Of a stretch of DNA of 64,000 bases, positions 11,690-24,255 are shown piece by piece (position 1 is the stretch's first letter; each line of letters opens with the position of its first letter). The notes beneath the pieces are model-generated. The model was not told where the DNA came from. It ran no database searches and saw only the letters and a list, made by a program, of their open reading frames with translations. The position numbers were made by a program, and so were the translations under genes. Source of the DNA: Octopus vulgaris (lineage: Eukaryota); assembly GCA_951406725.2 (NCBI GenBank), contig OX597824.1, positions 22,444,001 through 22,508,000 of the forward strand, in the 5' to 3' direction.

Positions 11690-13020
11690 AACCACTACAA
11701 AGCCAACTGATCTACATCCATGGCACTCTTGCAAAGAAATGCAATGTGTCCCTTTCCACGGTGTCCAGATCTGTGAACAGGAACCTTGGCATGACTAGCT
11801 ATATTCGATAATGCTGTCACCTCCTAACAGCCAAGGCCTAAGCAATCAGAGCTGAGAGATGCCCAAAGCTTCTGTCATTCATCAAGCATCAAGGTGCTGG
11901 AAAAACTCATTTATTTGAGGACGGAAGAAGTTCACTGTGGACACTTAGGTGAATCCTAGAAATTCTTGAGTGATTGCATACAACCCTTCTGATGTCCCCA
12001 CTGTGTTTGAGACTAAGAATCCTGCTTCTGTGATGGTATTTGGGGCTGTGGCAAGTGATGCGAGTGTCATAGAGCCACGCTTGATTGAGTCTGGTTTGAA
12101 GTATCTGGACATCCTGAAGAACTCCCTGTTACCTTGGATAGAGCAGAAGTTTGGGCTTGACAGTGTGGTGCTTATCCAGGATTCTGTACCATGCCATGAG
12201 TCAAAAGCAACACAGGAATTCCTAGGTGAGAAGGTACTATATCTTGTGAGGGCCAACATCTGGCCCAGTAAAAGCACAGATCTCAACCTTTTGATTACTT
12301 TTTATGGGGCGTACTTCAAACAAGGACTTCACCACACTTGACTGTCAATAGTTTGAAGACCTGAATTGTGTGTGCAACATGCAAAATCAAAATGGCAGAG
12401 GTTGCAGTGGCTGCAAAAAAATTTCATTTTCTTGCAGAGGCAGTAATTTCCCAAAAGGGTGATCATATTGAGTAATAAATGTTTTTGTTGTAAAAAAAAT
12501 GTTACATTAAAATTATATCTGTCTGCTACCTATTTCTTTACTACCCACAAGGGGCTAAACAGAGAGAGGACAAACAAGGACAGACAAACAGATTAAGTCG
12601 ATTATATTGACCCCAGTGTGTAACTGGTACTTATTTAATCGACCCCGAAAGGATGAAAGGCAAAGTCGACCTCGGCGGAATTTGAACTCAGAACATAAAG
12701 ACTGACGAAATACCTATTTCTTTACTACCCACAAGGGGCTAAATAGAGAGAGGACAAACAAGGACAGGCAAACAGATTAAGTCGATTATATTGACCCCAG
12801 TGTGTAACTGGTACTTATTTAATCGACCCCGAAAGGATGAAAGGCAAAGTCGACCTCGGCGAAATTTGAACTCAGAACGTAGTGGCAGACAAAATACCGC
12901 TTAGCATTTCACCCGGCATGCTAACGTTTCTGCCAGCTTGGTCTACTACCATTATTTTAGTATTTATAACCAGTTTTTTGTATCATAAAAATTGTCTTAA
13001 TTTATCTGCAAGACCCTATA
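11690..13020 (+). mobile_element. Degenerate Tc1/mariner-superfamily (maT/DD37D-like) transposon
   Basis: KKFTVD, KNPASVMVFGAVASD, LLPW, IQDSVPCH, WPSKSTDLN motifs; TIR-like end ..GCAAGACCCTATA at ~13020. Confidence 0.8.
12527..12940 (-). mobile_element. SINE family B tandem dimer
   Basis: Same head, body and junction as 1913-2316. Confidence 0.9.
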
Positions 13021-13232
13021 TGTTAGAATCATAAACTATTCTCATTTATCTTTGGATTAACGAGTGTTAACAGTCTTTTTTCAATATCCACCCTAATTTG
13101 ATATTTTCTTATTATTTGCTCTGTATTTGTTTCCAGTGTGAAGGCACATAGCTTAGTGGTTAGGGGTATTCAGCACCACACTTGTAAGATCATGAGTTCA
13201 ACTACTGGTGATATGCTGTGTCCTTCAGCAAG

Positions 13233-13487
13233 ACACACCAGCATCTGTTGTCAAGTGATGTTGTGGGGACAAACACAAACACATAAACACACACACATAC
13301 ATACATATATATATACATATATACGACGAACTTCTTTCAGTTTCCGTCTACCAAATCCACTCACAAGGCTTTGGTGAGCCCAAGGCTATAGTAGAAGAAA
13401 CTTGCCCAAGGTGCCACACAGTGGGACTGAACCTGGAACCATGTGGTTCATAAGCAAGCTACTTACCATGCAGCCACTCCTTCGCAT
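13233..13487 (-). mobile_element. SINE family A (partial)
   Basis: Antisense head and middle of family A. Confidence 0.85.
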
Positions 13488-13635
13488 ATTATATATATAT
13501 AAAAAAATACAAAAATGGGACAAGAACGCAAAACATCCAGACAGTTAGGTGAAAAAAAAAAAGGAAAACAAAAATATCCAGACAAATGATACAAGGAAAA
13601 CAAGGACAGATCATTCGATATATATATATATATAT

Positions 13636-14005
13636 AAGGAAATGTGTGTTGGTTTGTTGATTGTAGATGGGGTGATTAATTTACAGATACTAGTTTATGA
13701 AGGGGGCACATGAACTAAATAGTAAGGGTCACTGTAGGGCTAATTTGTTGATTTTGTATTGGCTGTGTTTATGGTGTTTCGTGAGGTTTCCTGGAGGAGG
13801 GCTGAATTTTAAAACATTTATATATATACATAAAGAAATGTGTGTTGATTTGTAGATTGTATATGGGGTGATTAATTTACAGATGCTAGTTTATGAAGGG
13901 GGCACATGATCTGAACAGTAAGGGTCATTGTAGGTCTTAGTTGTTGATTTTGTTTTTGCTGTGTTTGTGGTGTTTCATGAAGTTTTGTGGTGGAGGGCTG
14001 AATTT
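13636..14005. repeat. Diverged tandem duplication, ~195 bp unit
   Basis: GAAATGTGTGTTG...GGAGGGCTGAATTTT occurs twice, separated by a TA-rich spacer. Confidence 0.85.
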
Positions 14006-14025
14006 TTATATATATATATATATAT

Positions 14026-14426
14026 AGGAGTGGCTGTGTGGTAAGTAGCTTGTTTACCAGCCACATGGTTCCGGGTTCAGTCCCACTGCGTGGTATCTTG
14101 GGCAAGTGTCTTCTACTATAGCCTCGGGCCGACCAAAGCCTTGTGAGTGGATTTGGTAGACAGAAACTGAAAGAAGCCCGTCGTATATATGTATATATAT
14201 ATGTGTGTGTGTGTGTTTGTGTGTCTGTATTTGTCCCCCTAGCATTGCTTGACAACCGATGCTGGTGTGTTTATGTCCCCGTTACTTAGCGGTTCGGCAA
14301 AAGAGACCGATAAAATAAGTACTGGGCTTACAAAAGAATAAGTCCCGGGGTCGAGTTGCTTGATTAAAGGCGGTGCTCCAGCATGGCCGCAGTCAAATGA
14401 CTGAAACAAGTAAAAAAGTAAAAGAG
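14026..14426 (+). mobile_element. SINE family A, full
   Basis: Matches the family consensus end to end. Confidence 0.9.
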
Positions 14427-14444
14427 CATATATATATATATATA

Positions 14445-14479
<35 letters not shown>

Positions 14480-14489
14480 TAATAATAAC

Positions 14490-14523
<34 letters not shown>

Positions 14524-15750
14524 GTATGACAACAAAAGAATGAATGAGGCCTCGATATTATGTAAATTGAGGAATTTATCTATAAATATATAATATTAGT
14601 AAGTTGTTATAATAATACTCAGAGTCTTGAATACTGGAGCTGAAAGCTTCTGGGCATTTTTCATCAGTTATTAAGACATACACATACATACACATATACT
14701 TTAAAAAATTTTCTAGCAGGAATTTATAATGATGACGAATAATATCAACAGGAAGTGGAAGAGAAAGAGGAGGAACAGGAGGAGGAGGAAGAAGAAGAAG
14801 AAGAAGAAGGTTGTTGTGGTGGTGGATGATGAGGATGGATAGATGGATGGATGGATGGATGATGATGATGATGAGGAGGAGGAGGAGACAGTGATGATGA
14901 CGACCAAAGCTACAGAATTAAGACAATGAATTTGATTATTTTTACATCTATTTGACTATAAAAGTAAAAGAAAAACAAGACCTGGACAACATAAACAGCA
15001 TTGATAAAGCAAATTTACCAAGTGCAAAGGCTAAGTAGGATGAAGGATGTTTAAAAGAACTTTGCCTGTGATATGAAAGATATGATATAAGTTAAACCGA
15101 AGTGTTTAGTGCATGAAGAAAAACAAACGGGCAAGATATATATACGCAGCGCTAAGCGTGTGGCAAGCTTTCTACGGCCGGATGCCCTTCCTGACGCCAA
15201 CCCCCACCTGTTGCCAAGCGAGGTAGTTAAATATCAGGAAGTATTAGAACTGAGACACAGTGCATGTGATGGGAGTTAGAGACATGTGGAGAGGTGTTTT
15301 TGGATGAAGAGGATATGCAGATCTAAAGTCATCGTCGTTGTTGTTGTTGTTTAGTGTATGTTCCATGCTGGAATGGGTTGAGCAGGCAAGTCAGAAGACT
15401 ATACCAAGCTCTGCTGTCTGTCTTGGTAGAGTTTCCACAGTTGGAAACCCCTCTTAATGCCAACCACTGTACACAGTGCACAGGGTGCTTTTTAACATGG
15501 CACCAGCAACGGTGAGGTCACCAAGCAACTTGCAGGACAAGACCCTCACAATGAAGTGGGGAGTGGTATTGAGGGACAGAAAAGGTGTCTTGCATTAGAA
15601 GAAAGACATGGCTACCTCAGATGCAGAAGAGAGAGAGAGAGAGAGGAAAGAAAAACCCCAAGATTCCAACTTCAATTCCAAACAGTGACCTGAACAATAA
15701 TAATGATAATAATAACATCGAAAAATACCTTAGGTTCGAAATTTCCCCAA

Positions 15751-15796
15751 GATACCTGAAGAAGGCTGGAGGGTATATCAGCCGAAACGTTGTGTT
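15751..15796 (+). ncRNA. Minimal type I hammerhead ribozyme in a short repeat (15715-15850)
   Basis: GATAC-CTGAAGA-AGGCTG-loop-CAGCC-GAAACGTT-GTGTT; palindromic AACGTT in place of stem III. Confidence 0.75.
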
Positions 15797-16082
15797 AAGA
15801 ACAAACAAGATGAGGACAAATATCCATCGAATGTAAATAATGTAAATAATCAGTATTTAAAGTCTGTGACTACAATCTGTTGTTAGTCACACACACATAT
15901 ATATATATATGCATACATACATACATACATATATATATATATTATATTAAATTAGAGATAAAACCACTATTAGGCAAATCAAACAATGAAAAACTTAAGC
16001 CAATACATAAAATTAATTAATTTATATTATTTTAAATATATATCAAAAGTATTAAAAATTTAATAAAAGATAATGAGTAAAA

Positions 16083-16151
16083 CACTACGATCGTTTCATG
16101 GCTGTCCAATTCGTAATAATTCGAGTTATGGTTACAGTCAATCTTCAGGTA
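16083..16151 (-). ncRNA. Hammerhead ribozyme motif in a Penelope-type terminus (15946-16200)
   Basis: Minus strand TAC-CTGAAGA-TTGACTGT...ACAGCCAT-GAAAC-GATC-GTA-GTG. Confidence 0.6.
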
Positions 16152-16602
16152 ATTGAAATATTTATCTTAGCGAGGTTTAGCTATATAAGGTGATAGAGTG
16201 GGAGCAACAAATCTTTAAAAAAAATCTATTGATTGCAGAAGATAAAATAATGTTTATAAGTGAAATAAGTTTTAGTTCTTGTCCTGGGAAAAAAATTCTT
16301 TTTCTTTTAATAGCTGGATGTGAATCTGGAAAAATCTCAGTGAATAACTTGGATAAACAATCAGCTTTTCTAGAACTTTAATGATGTTCCATCGCATGAT
16401 AAGCCATTATTAACATAGAGATACTTATTTGATAATGTTCTAAGATTTCTTTAAAGACAAAAGAATCAATTGAAAGATACAATGAAATTTTTTTTAAAGA
16501 AATACAGGCAGGCTTTTGGAACACCCCACACGAATAAAATTTTTTTTTTTGTTTTTGGTGTTTTTCATCATCTTATGACAAATACAAAAAACAAAAAAAA
16601 AT

Positions 16603-16839
16603 CCTTACCACTTGAGGTCAAATGAGCAAGCAGAACAATTCGTAGACACTTTGAAGCAAGGGCTAAAAAAAGCAAGGAATGAGTTAGGAAATGATGAAGC
16701 GCTAATTAAATTCTTGAGGGTGTACAGAATAACGCCCAGTCTGAATACCAGTTCAGGCAAGTTGCCTGCAGAGCTGATGTTTGCTCAAAAGATTAAATCA
16801 ATCTTCAACAAATTGTTGTTAAAAGAAAAAAATGTATAG
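16603..16839 (+). pseudogene. Gypsy/Ty3 integrase C-terminal remnant
   Basis: PYHLRSNEQAEQFVDTLKQGLKK...YRITP...PAELMFAQKIKS resembles the PYHPxSNGQAERFV / SPAELMFGR consensus. Confidence 0.8.
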
Positions 16840-17854
16840 CTGTTTTCTAAACCTAACAGACTCAAACTTGATGGCTCTTTTGAGGGCACGCTTCCATTTG
16901 TTGTTAATAATGGATCCGGTCGATGCGGTCATTACTAATTGCCTAATCCGGCTCCTTGAGTTTCCAGTTTTTAATTTAGGAGAAAATTATATAAGAGATA
17001 AAAAATATTTATCTGGAAAATGACTTTGCAGGTGAAAACTTCAAAATTTGGTGGTCGATAAGGGTCACTTTGCAGTTGTTCGATCGAGCTAAAATTTTGC
17101 ATAATTTCTATCAGTTTCCATCGACCTTTGGTGGGCTCGAGGTTATAGTAGAAGGCACTTGCCCAAGGTGCCACGCAGTGGGACTGAACCATGTGGTTCG
17201 TAAGCCAGCTACTTACCACACAGCCACTCATACGCCTATATTGTTAATGTTTGTTTATGTACTTGTTTATGTCTGGACACATTATAGGTGAAGAGAAGAA
17301 AAAATACAAGTGAACCAGGCCAGCCTACATAGTACGAGATGTGCCAATTCCAAGGAGCAGAGCAGGCAAAGATATGACACACCATGTTTATGGAGCAGAA
17401 GATGGTGTCTGTTTCTGAGTGATTTCATTCTAATCAGTTGCTTGGCAGTTCAACCTATAACCTATTGTGATAATATTTACAAGATGCTAAATAGTATATC
17501 TGAGCAGAAAAGCATGTAAAGTGATGACTGTATTTTGAATACACAACCCAAAATTTTATAGGAAAATGTGGTAGGTAACCATGAGTATAGAAAGGAAGCG
17601 GTCTATGGAATGATAAACTTTTATAGAATATACTCTGTAGGATTAGAAAAGTGTATAGCAAAGATTTTAATGAACGACATGTTGAAATTGCTCCAGAATG
17701 TATACAATGCAAGATATAATTTTGCATTTTCTGAGAAACCAATATATACAAAAGAGAAGCTGCACTAACAGCTGGTTGGGATGGGAAAGGAAGATGAAGA
17801 GAAATTATGATGAAGCTGAAAACAATGCTAAAAATGGGGTTATAGAGTACCGTG

Positions 17855-18337
17855 GGGTCGGTGAGCTGGCAGAATCGTTAGCATGCTGGGGGAAATGCTT
17901 AGTAGTATTTTGCCTGCCTTTATGTTCTGAGTTCAAATTCCGCCGAGGTCAACTTTGCCTTTCATCCTTTTGGGGTCGATTAAATAAGTACCTATTTCTT
18001 TATTACCCACAAGGGGCTAAACATAGAGGGGACAAACAAGGACAGACATAGGTATTAAGTCAATTACATCGACCCCAGTGCGTAACTGGTACTTAATTTA
18101 TCGACCCCGAAAGGATGAAAGGCAAAGTCGACCTCGGCGGAATTTGAACTCAGAACGTAAAGACAGACGAAATACCGCTAAGCATTTCACCTGGCATGCT
18201 AACATTTCTGCCAGCTCACCATCTTTTGATTAAATAAGTACCAGTTATGCACTGGGGTCGATGTAATCGATTTAATCCCTTTGTTTGTCCTTGTTTGTCC
18301 TTTCTGCGTTTAGCCCCTTATGGGCAATAAAGAAATA
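17855..18337 (+). mobile_element. SINE family B with an antisense family B copy nested inside (17993-18227)
   Basis: 15-bp target-site duplication GATTAAATAAGTACC at 17978-17992 and 18228-18242. Confidence 0.85.
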
Positions 18338-18584
18338 TACAGAGAGTATCATGGTGTTATAGCTCTTACATTTTTTTTAGTCATATGACTGTGGCCATGC
18401 TGGGGCACTACCTCGGGGGGGGTTTAGCTGAACAAATCAAACCCAGTAATTCTGCTTCTATGCCTTTTTTTTTTATTTAAAAAATAAAAACTATGGTACT
18501 TATTCCGTTGGTCTTTTTTGTCAAACTACTAAGTCACAAGGACACAAACTAACCAACTAGTTGTCAAGCAGGAAAAAACAAAAA

Positions 18585-18838
18585 AGGCAAAGTTACCTTC
18601 TGGAGTCATACCAACTTATAAGGGTCAGTTTTCGGTTTTCGTGGTGTATATATTCCCCACCTGGATGGGATGCTAGACCCTTACAGGATTACTCATTTTT
18701 GCCAGCTGAATGGACTTGAGCAATGTAAAATGAAGTGTTGTGCTCAAGAGCACAATGCATCGCCTCATCCAGGAATTGAAACCACAATCTTATGGTCATG
18801 GGTCCAACAACCTAACCGCTAAGTCATGCACCTCCACT
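18585..18838 (-). mobile_element. tRNA-derived SINE family C (V-domain-like), nested in a decayed family A copy
   Basis: Minus head GTGGAGGTGCATGACTTAGCGGTTAGG..GGTTTCAATTCC; CTAGCATCCCATCCAGG resembles the V-SINE central domain. Confidence 0.6.
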
Positions 18839-19008
18839 TGTTAAGCAGTGGTTGGAGACAAATACAGACATGACAACACACACTCATACATTTTCCATAT
18901 ATACTAAATCTTTGGTAAAACAGTTCTATATTTAAGAGATGAGGGATTATTTACATTATTTACATTATTTACATTTGATGGGTATTTGTCCTCATCTTGT
19001 TTGTTGTT

Positions 19009-19054
19009 AACACAACGTTTCAGCTGATATACCCTCCAGCCTTCTTCAGGTGTC
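19009..19054 (-). ncRNA. Minimal hammerhead ribozyme, second copy of the 15.7 kb repeat (18905-19105)
   Basis: Minus strand GACAC-CTGAAGA-AGGCTG-loop-CAGCT-GAAACGTT-GTGTT. Confidence 0.75.
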
Positions 19055-19101
19055 TTGGGGAAATTTCGAACCTGGGTTCTCATTCCTAAGGTATTTTTCC
19101 A

Positions 19102-19173
<72 letters not shown>

Positions 19174-19187
19174 CATTATTATAATAA

Positions 19188-20110
19188 CATCATCATCAGC
19201 ACAGGCTGAACGGTTCGACCGGGGTCTGGGAAGCCAGGAGGCTGCATCAGGCTCCAGTCTAATCTGGCAGTGTTTCTACAGCTGGATGCCCTTCCTAACA
19301 CCAACCACTCCGTGAGTGTAGTGGGTGTTTTTTATGTGCCACCAGCACAGGTATCACAACTACAATTTCCATTTGATATTTATTTTGATGTTGATGTACT
19401 TGACTCAATAGGTCTCCTCAAGCACAGCAGGTCACCCTACGATCCAAGGTAAGCACAGCAGGTCGTTCTGCAATCCAAGGTACTTTGGATGGGCTGGGGC
19501 TATGCGAAACTGGTGCAGGAAGCAGCCATGAACTCACATTATTTGTCAGATCTTTGCAGTCACATCATAACTCCAGAGATCTCGGTCTTTCGTCATTGCC
19601 TCTGTGAGGCCCAGTGTTCAAAGGTCATGCTTGATCACCTCATCCCATGTCTTCCTGGGTCTACTTCTCCCTCGGATACCTTCAACTGTTTGGGAGTGGC
19701 ACTTCTTCACACATCTCTCCTCACCCATCTGCATTACATGACCATACCAGTGCAAACGTCTCTCTTGCACACCACATCTGATGCTTCTTATGTCCAGCAT
19801 TTTTCTCAGGGTGCTTACACTCTGTCGTGTATGCACACTGACATTACATATCCAGCGGATCATGCTAGCTTCATTTCTTTCAAGCCTACACATGTCCTCT
19901 GCAGTCACAGCCCATGTTTCCCTACCGTGAAGCATGGCAGTTCATACACATGCATCGTACAATCTACCTTTCACTCTTAGCGAGAGGCCCTTTCTCACTA
20001 GTAGGGGTAGAAGCTTTCTAAACTTTGCCCAGGCTATTCGTATTCTAGTGGTGACACTCTCTGAGCATCCACCTCCGCTACTAACTTGGTCACCTAGGTA
20101 GCAGAAACTA
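19188..20110 (-). mobile_element. 5'-truncated RTE LINE (same family as 26427-29111)
   Basis: Encodes SFCYLGDQVSSGGGCSE...ERNEASMIRW...RPRKTWDEV; RTE 3' UTR; (GAT)n tail. Confidence 0.9.
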
Positions 20111-20112
20111 TA

Positions 20113-20144
<32 letters not shown>

Positions 20145-20387
20145 AAATTACAAAGTGAGATAGGGGTTATGAGTGTAACCCACTATGGGATATCATTTAT
20201 CCAATATACTGCCAGTAAAGTACCCAGAAAGGATTTTACATAAATGCTAAGAATTGCAATGCAATTAATTCATTTATTGTATTATATGGGCGAAGGTAAA
20301 ATGTTTTACCTCAAATTCATTATCTGGTATTATCTAGTAGTTGATGATTGAAAGAAATCTATTCCTCCATTTTCTTATTTTGTATAT

Positions 20388-20605
20388 TCTCTTTTATTCT
20401 TTTTTACTTGTTTCAGTCATTTGACTGCGGTCATGCTGGAGCACTGCCTTTAGTCGAGCAAATTGACCCCGGGACTTATTCTTTGTAAGCCCAGTACTTA
20501 TTCTATCGGTCTCTTTTGCCGAACCGCTAAGTGACGGGGACATAAACACACCACCATCGGTTGTTAAGCAATGCTAGGGGGGCAAACACAGACACACAAG
20601 CACAC

Positions 20606-20636
<31 letters not shown>

Positions 20637-20811
20637 CATATATATGACAGGCTTCTTTCAGCTTCCGTCCGTCTACCAAATCCACTCACAAGGCATTGGT
20701 CGGCCCGAGGCTATAGCAGAAGACACTTGCCCAAGATGTTACGCAGGGGGACTGAACCTGGAACCATGTTGTTGGTAAGCAAGCTACTTACTATACAGCC
20801 ACTCCTGCGCC

Positions 20812-20813
<2 letters not shown>
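20388..20813 (-). mobile_element. SINE family A, full
   Basis: Antisense match to the family consensus. Confidence 0.9.
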
Positions 20814-20853
<40 letters not shown>

Positions 20854-21720
20854 CCAGCATAGGAAACCGACACTTCATGGTTATGAACATACATCCGTTT
20901 TTGCATACAAAAGAGCATTCAATAACCTTTATGTAGAGATAAAAATTTATAAATGAATAGTTGATGATTCACTTGAACATCATTCACTCGGCTTCATTCA
21001 CACTCACATTCCCACGCATATCCACATATATGTACATGTGTATATGTGTGTGCGCATATATATATATTTATGCACTCACCCCGCCACACACACACATATA
21101 TATGAATATATATATATATTATTATTGTGGTTGTTATCGTCGTCGTCATCGCCGTCCTCGTCCTCGTCCTCCTCCTCCTCCTTCTCCTCCTCCGCCTCAT
21201 CATCATCATCATCATAATAATAATAATAATAATAATGTAACTTCTCCCAATTTATCTATGTCTTTGCCACATCTCAGCTCCATTCTGCAGCTTAGAGATG
21301 CAACACTTTCTTCAGCACATGACTCATTCCAGATTCTGATGAAATTTGAAGACTTCCTAGAAAGTATTGGCAGCTTTTGATGCCAGAATATTGCTCTTTG
21401 AGATGGTCGCAAGTGCACCAATCACAATAGGTACCACACTTACTTTTTGAGGCTCTATAGATTCTTTTAAATTCCAATCTTAAGTCTTGGTACTTCCCAA
21501 CTTTCCCATTCTCTATTTTCATAATATTATTTTGGTCTGCAGATATAGTTACTTTGATGTGGCTCCATTCTTTGGACTCCTTCTGTAGAAGAGTGATATC
21601 TGGTTGGTTATGTTGCAGCCTTTTGTCTGTGTATATCGGCATATTCCATGCAAGTTTCACCTGATCATTCTCTGCCACTTGTAAAGGCTGATGCTCATAC
21701 CACTTGGAACATTCTAGCCC

Positions 21721-22387
21721 ATCATCATCATCATCATTGTTCGACCATGGTCGAGACAATGGAATTTACCATGCTACGCCAGACTTCACGGTCCATCATG
21801 GCATTACAGAGGTCCTGTTGCTGGATGCCTGTATCCCTGGAGATTACATCAGTGTAGGAGAGTGGGTGTTTGTTTGGTGTTGTTTGGTTGGGAGCTGACT
21901 CTTCTCCATCAGGTGATACCCGTCTGTTAAGATTGAGGGCATCACCATCAGTGGATGACCTTGGAGGTGGAACGTGATCAGAGACAAGACCCAGCAAAGC
22001 AGGGGCTGGACCTACATCCGCAGGTATCCCATTAGGTCTGGTTCCCTGGGGAAGAGGTACCCTGGTGCAGTTAATTGTAAATTCCATAGTCTTTTCAAAT
22101 GGCTAATAATGTGTGCGCACGCTGCTACTACACACATTGGAAAGCATTGTACAACCAAGCACTAAAGAAGATCTTTCCTCCTCAATGAAACAAAGCTGTT
22201 CCCGCTGGACGTCAACCCAGTATTTCTAAGCTACAGACCGAGTGATTTATTGTAAGGTTATCTCTCTAGATAGATTGCCTTCACTACGGCTAAGGAGCCC
22301 TTTCTACCCCACTGACACAGGTTGTACTGGTTTACAGTTTACCAGTAGTAGGATCCGATGCTGCATACAACAGACCTGACCTGACAA
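21721..22387 (-). mobile_element. Internally deleted RTE-type element with (GAT)n tail
   Basis: C-terminus SYTDVISRDTG..LCNAMMDREVWR; AGCCCAT duplicated at both ends. Confidence 0.6.
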
Positions 22388-22539
22388 GCCCATAATTCTT
22401 GCACAACTCACATTGTATTTGTACTGTTATTTTGTCATGGCATTCTTTGTATTCCATCTGGGCTAGTGTTGATTTTCTTCTAATTATATGTCTAATTGTC
22501 ACAGATGATTTTCCACACAGTCTACACAATGTTGATACT

Positions 22540-22930
22540 AAGGAAGGAAGCACTCCATCGGTTACAACGATGAGGGTTCCGGTTGATCCGAATCAACGGA
22601 ACAGCCTGCTCGTGAAATTAACGTGTAAGTGGCTGAGCACTCCACAGACACGTGTACCCTTAACGTAGTTCTCGGGGATATTCAGCGTGACACAGAGAGT
22701 GACAAGGCCGACCCCTTGAAATACAGGTACAACAGAAACAGGAAGTAAGAGTGAGAGAAAGTTGTGGTGAAAGAGTACAGCAGGGATCACCACCATCCCC
22801 TGCCGGAGCCTCGTGGAGCTTTTAGGTGTTTTCGCTCAATAAACACTCACAACGCCCGGTCTGGGAATCGAAACCGCGATCCTATGACCGCGAGTCCGCT
22901 GCCCTAACCACTGGGCCATTGTGCCTCCAC
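22540..22930 (-). mobile_element. tRNA-derived SINE family D, full-length
   Basis: Head GTGGAGGCACAATGGCCCAGTGGTTAGGGCAGCGGACTCGCGG..GGTTTCGATTCCC; TSD ATGTTGATACT (22529-22539 and 22933-22943); a related 3' end starts at ~63950. Confidence 0.85.
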
Positions 22931-23122
22931 TCATGTTGATACTGCTGTCTTATCAATGCTACACTTGACTGAATTAGTATGTAAAGCTTCTTCTGGAAAA
23001 GCAAGAATTGCTCTTTCCATTTAAAAAAAGCCATGTCTTAACCATCTCCAAGATTCTTTATCAGCTTCATATCCACTGTTTGTTGAAAAAACTCTCCATG
23101 TAGGACCTTCTCTTTCCAGTTA

Positions 23123-23340
23123 CTCTCTTTCACTCTTTTACTTGTTTCAGTCATTTGACTGTGGCCATGTTGGAGCACCATCTTTAGTAGAGAAAATCGA
23201 CCCCAGGACTTATTCTTTGTAAGTCTAGTACTTATTCTATCAGTCTCTTTTGCCGAACTGCTAAGTTATGGGGACATAAATACACCAGCATCAGTTGTCA
23301 AGTGATGCTGGGGGGGGGGGGGGCACAAACATATACACTC

Positions 23341-23389
<49 letters not shown>

Positions 23390-23542
23390 TACAGTTTCTG
23401 TCTACTAAATCCACTCACAAGGCTTTGGTGAGCCCGAGGCTATAGTGGAAGACATTTGCCCAAGGTGCCATGCAGTGGGACTGAACCTGGAACCATGTGG
23501 TTGGTAAGCAAGCTACTTACCACACAGTCACTTCTACACCTA
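23123..23542 (-). mobile_element. SINE family A, full
   Basis: Antisense match to the family consensus. Confidence 0.9.
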
Positions 23543-23837
23543 TACTTTCTGCACTTTCTACACAAGATATCAAAGATAAACCCATTCATCCAAAACTACT
23601 TGGCTCAGCTGCTGAATTTGTAGAAATTTATAGTCTTTTTAGTGTAAGGGTCAATATTTATGTTTGTATGATATTTTTGGGGAGTGTTTATGGGTAATAT
23701 ATTTGTGTGTCTCTGATAGTATGTATGTGGGTGAATTGTATGTATATATGAGTGCATATGCTAGTGTGTGTTAGTTTCTATAAATATGTTTAATTTGGGG
23801 GAAACTTTTTTATTTTAATAAAGTGTATTTTATAAAT

Positions 23838-24255
23838 CATCATCATCATCATCGTTTAGCGTCCGCTTTCCATGCTAGCATGGGTTGGACGGTTCAACTG
23901 GGGTCTGGGAAGCCAGAAGGCTGCACCAGGCCCAGTCTGATCTGGCAATATTTCTACAGCTGGATGCCCTTCCTAACACCAACCACTCCATGAGTGTAGT
24001 GGGTGCTTTTTACGTGCCAGACGAGGCTGGTAAACGGCCATGATCGGATGGTGCTTTTTACATGCCACCAGCATGGGGGCCAGGCGAGGCTGGCAACGGC
24101 CACAATCGGATGGTGCTTTTTACGTGCCACCAGCATGAGGCCAGTCGGGGTGGCACTGGCAACGGCCACATTCGGATGGTTCTCTTACGTACCACCGGCA
24201 CTGGTATCACAGCTGCAATTTCCATTGATGTTGATCAATTTCGATTTTGATTTGG
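23838..24255 (-). mobile_element. RTE 3'UTR fragment with internal ~60-bp tandem units
   Basis: Matches 28900-29111; GTGCTTTT(T)ACRTGCCA..GGCCA..TCGGATG repeated 3-4 times. Confidence 0.8.

Larger units (their letters stand above)
21300..23120 (-). mobile_element. Degenerate R4/Dong-like LINE C-terminus (zinc knuckle + restriction-like endonuclease), interrupted twice
   Basis: Rejoined peptide CRLC..TIRHI..LAQMEYKECHDKI..LCKNYGL|ECSKWYEHQP..ENDQVKLAWNMPIYTDKRLQHNQPDI..KYQDL. Confidence 0.8.

Noticed and set aside
14600-14675. CTGATGA on the minus strand in a Penelope-like end
   Set aside because: No matching GAAA or stem II; too degenerate to call
17290-17850. Purine-rich, coding-like stretch
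   Set aside because: Stops in all frames and no identifiable motif
22850-22930. tRNA-like sequence
   Set aside because: Head of a SINE with body, tail and TSD; no complete acceptor stem, so not called a tRNA gene
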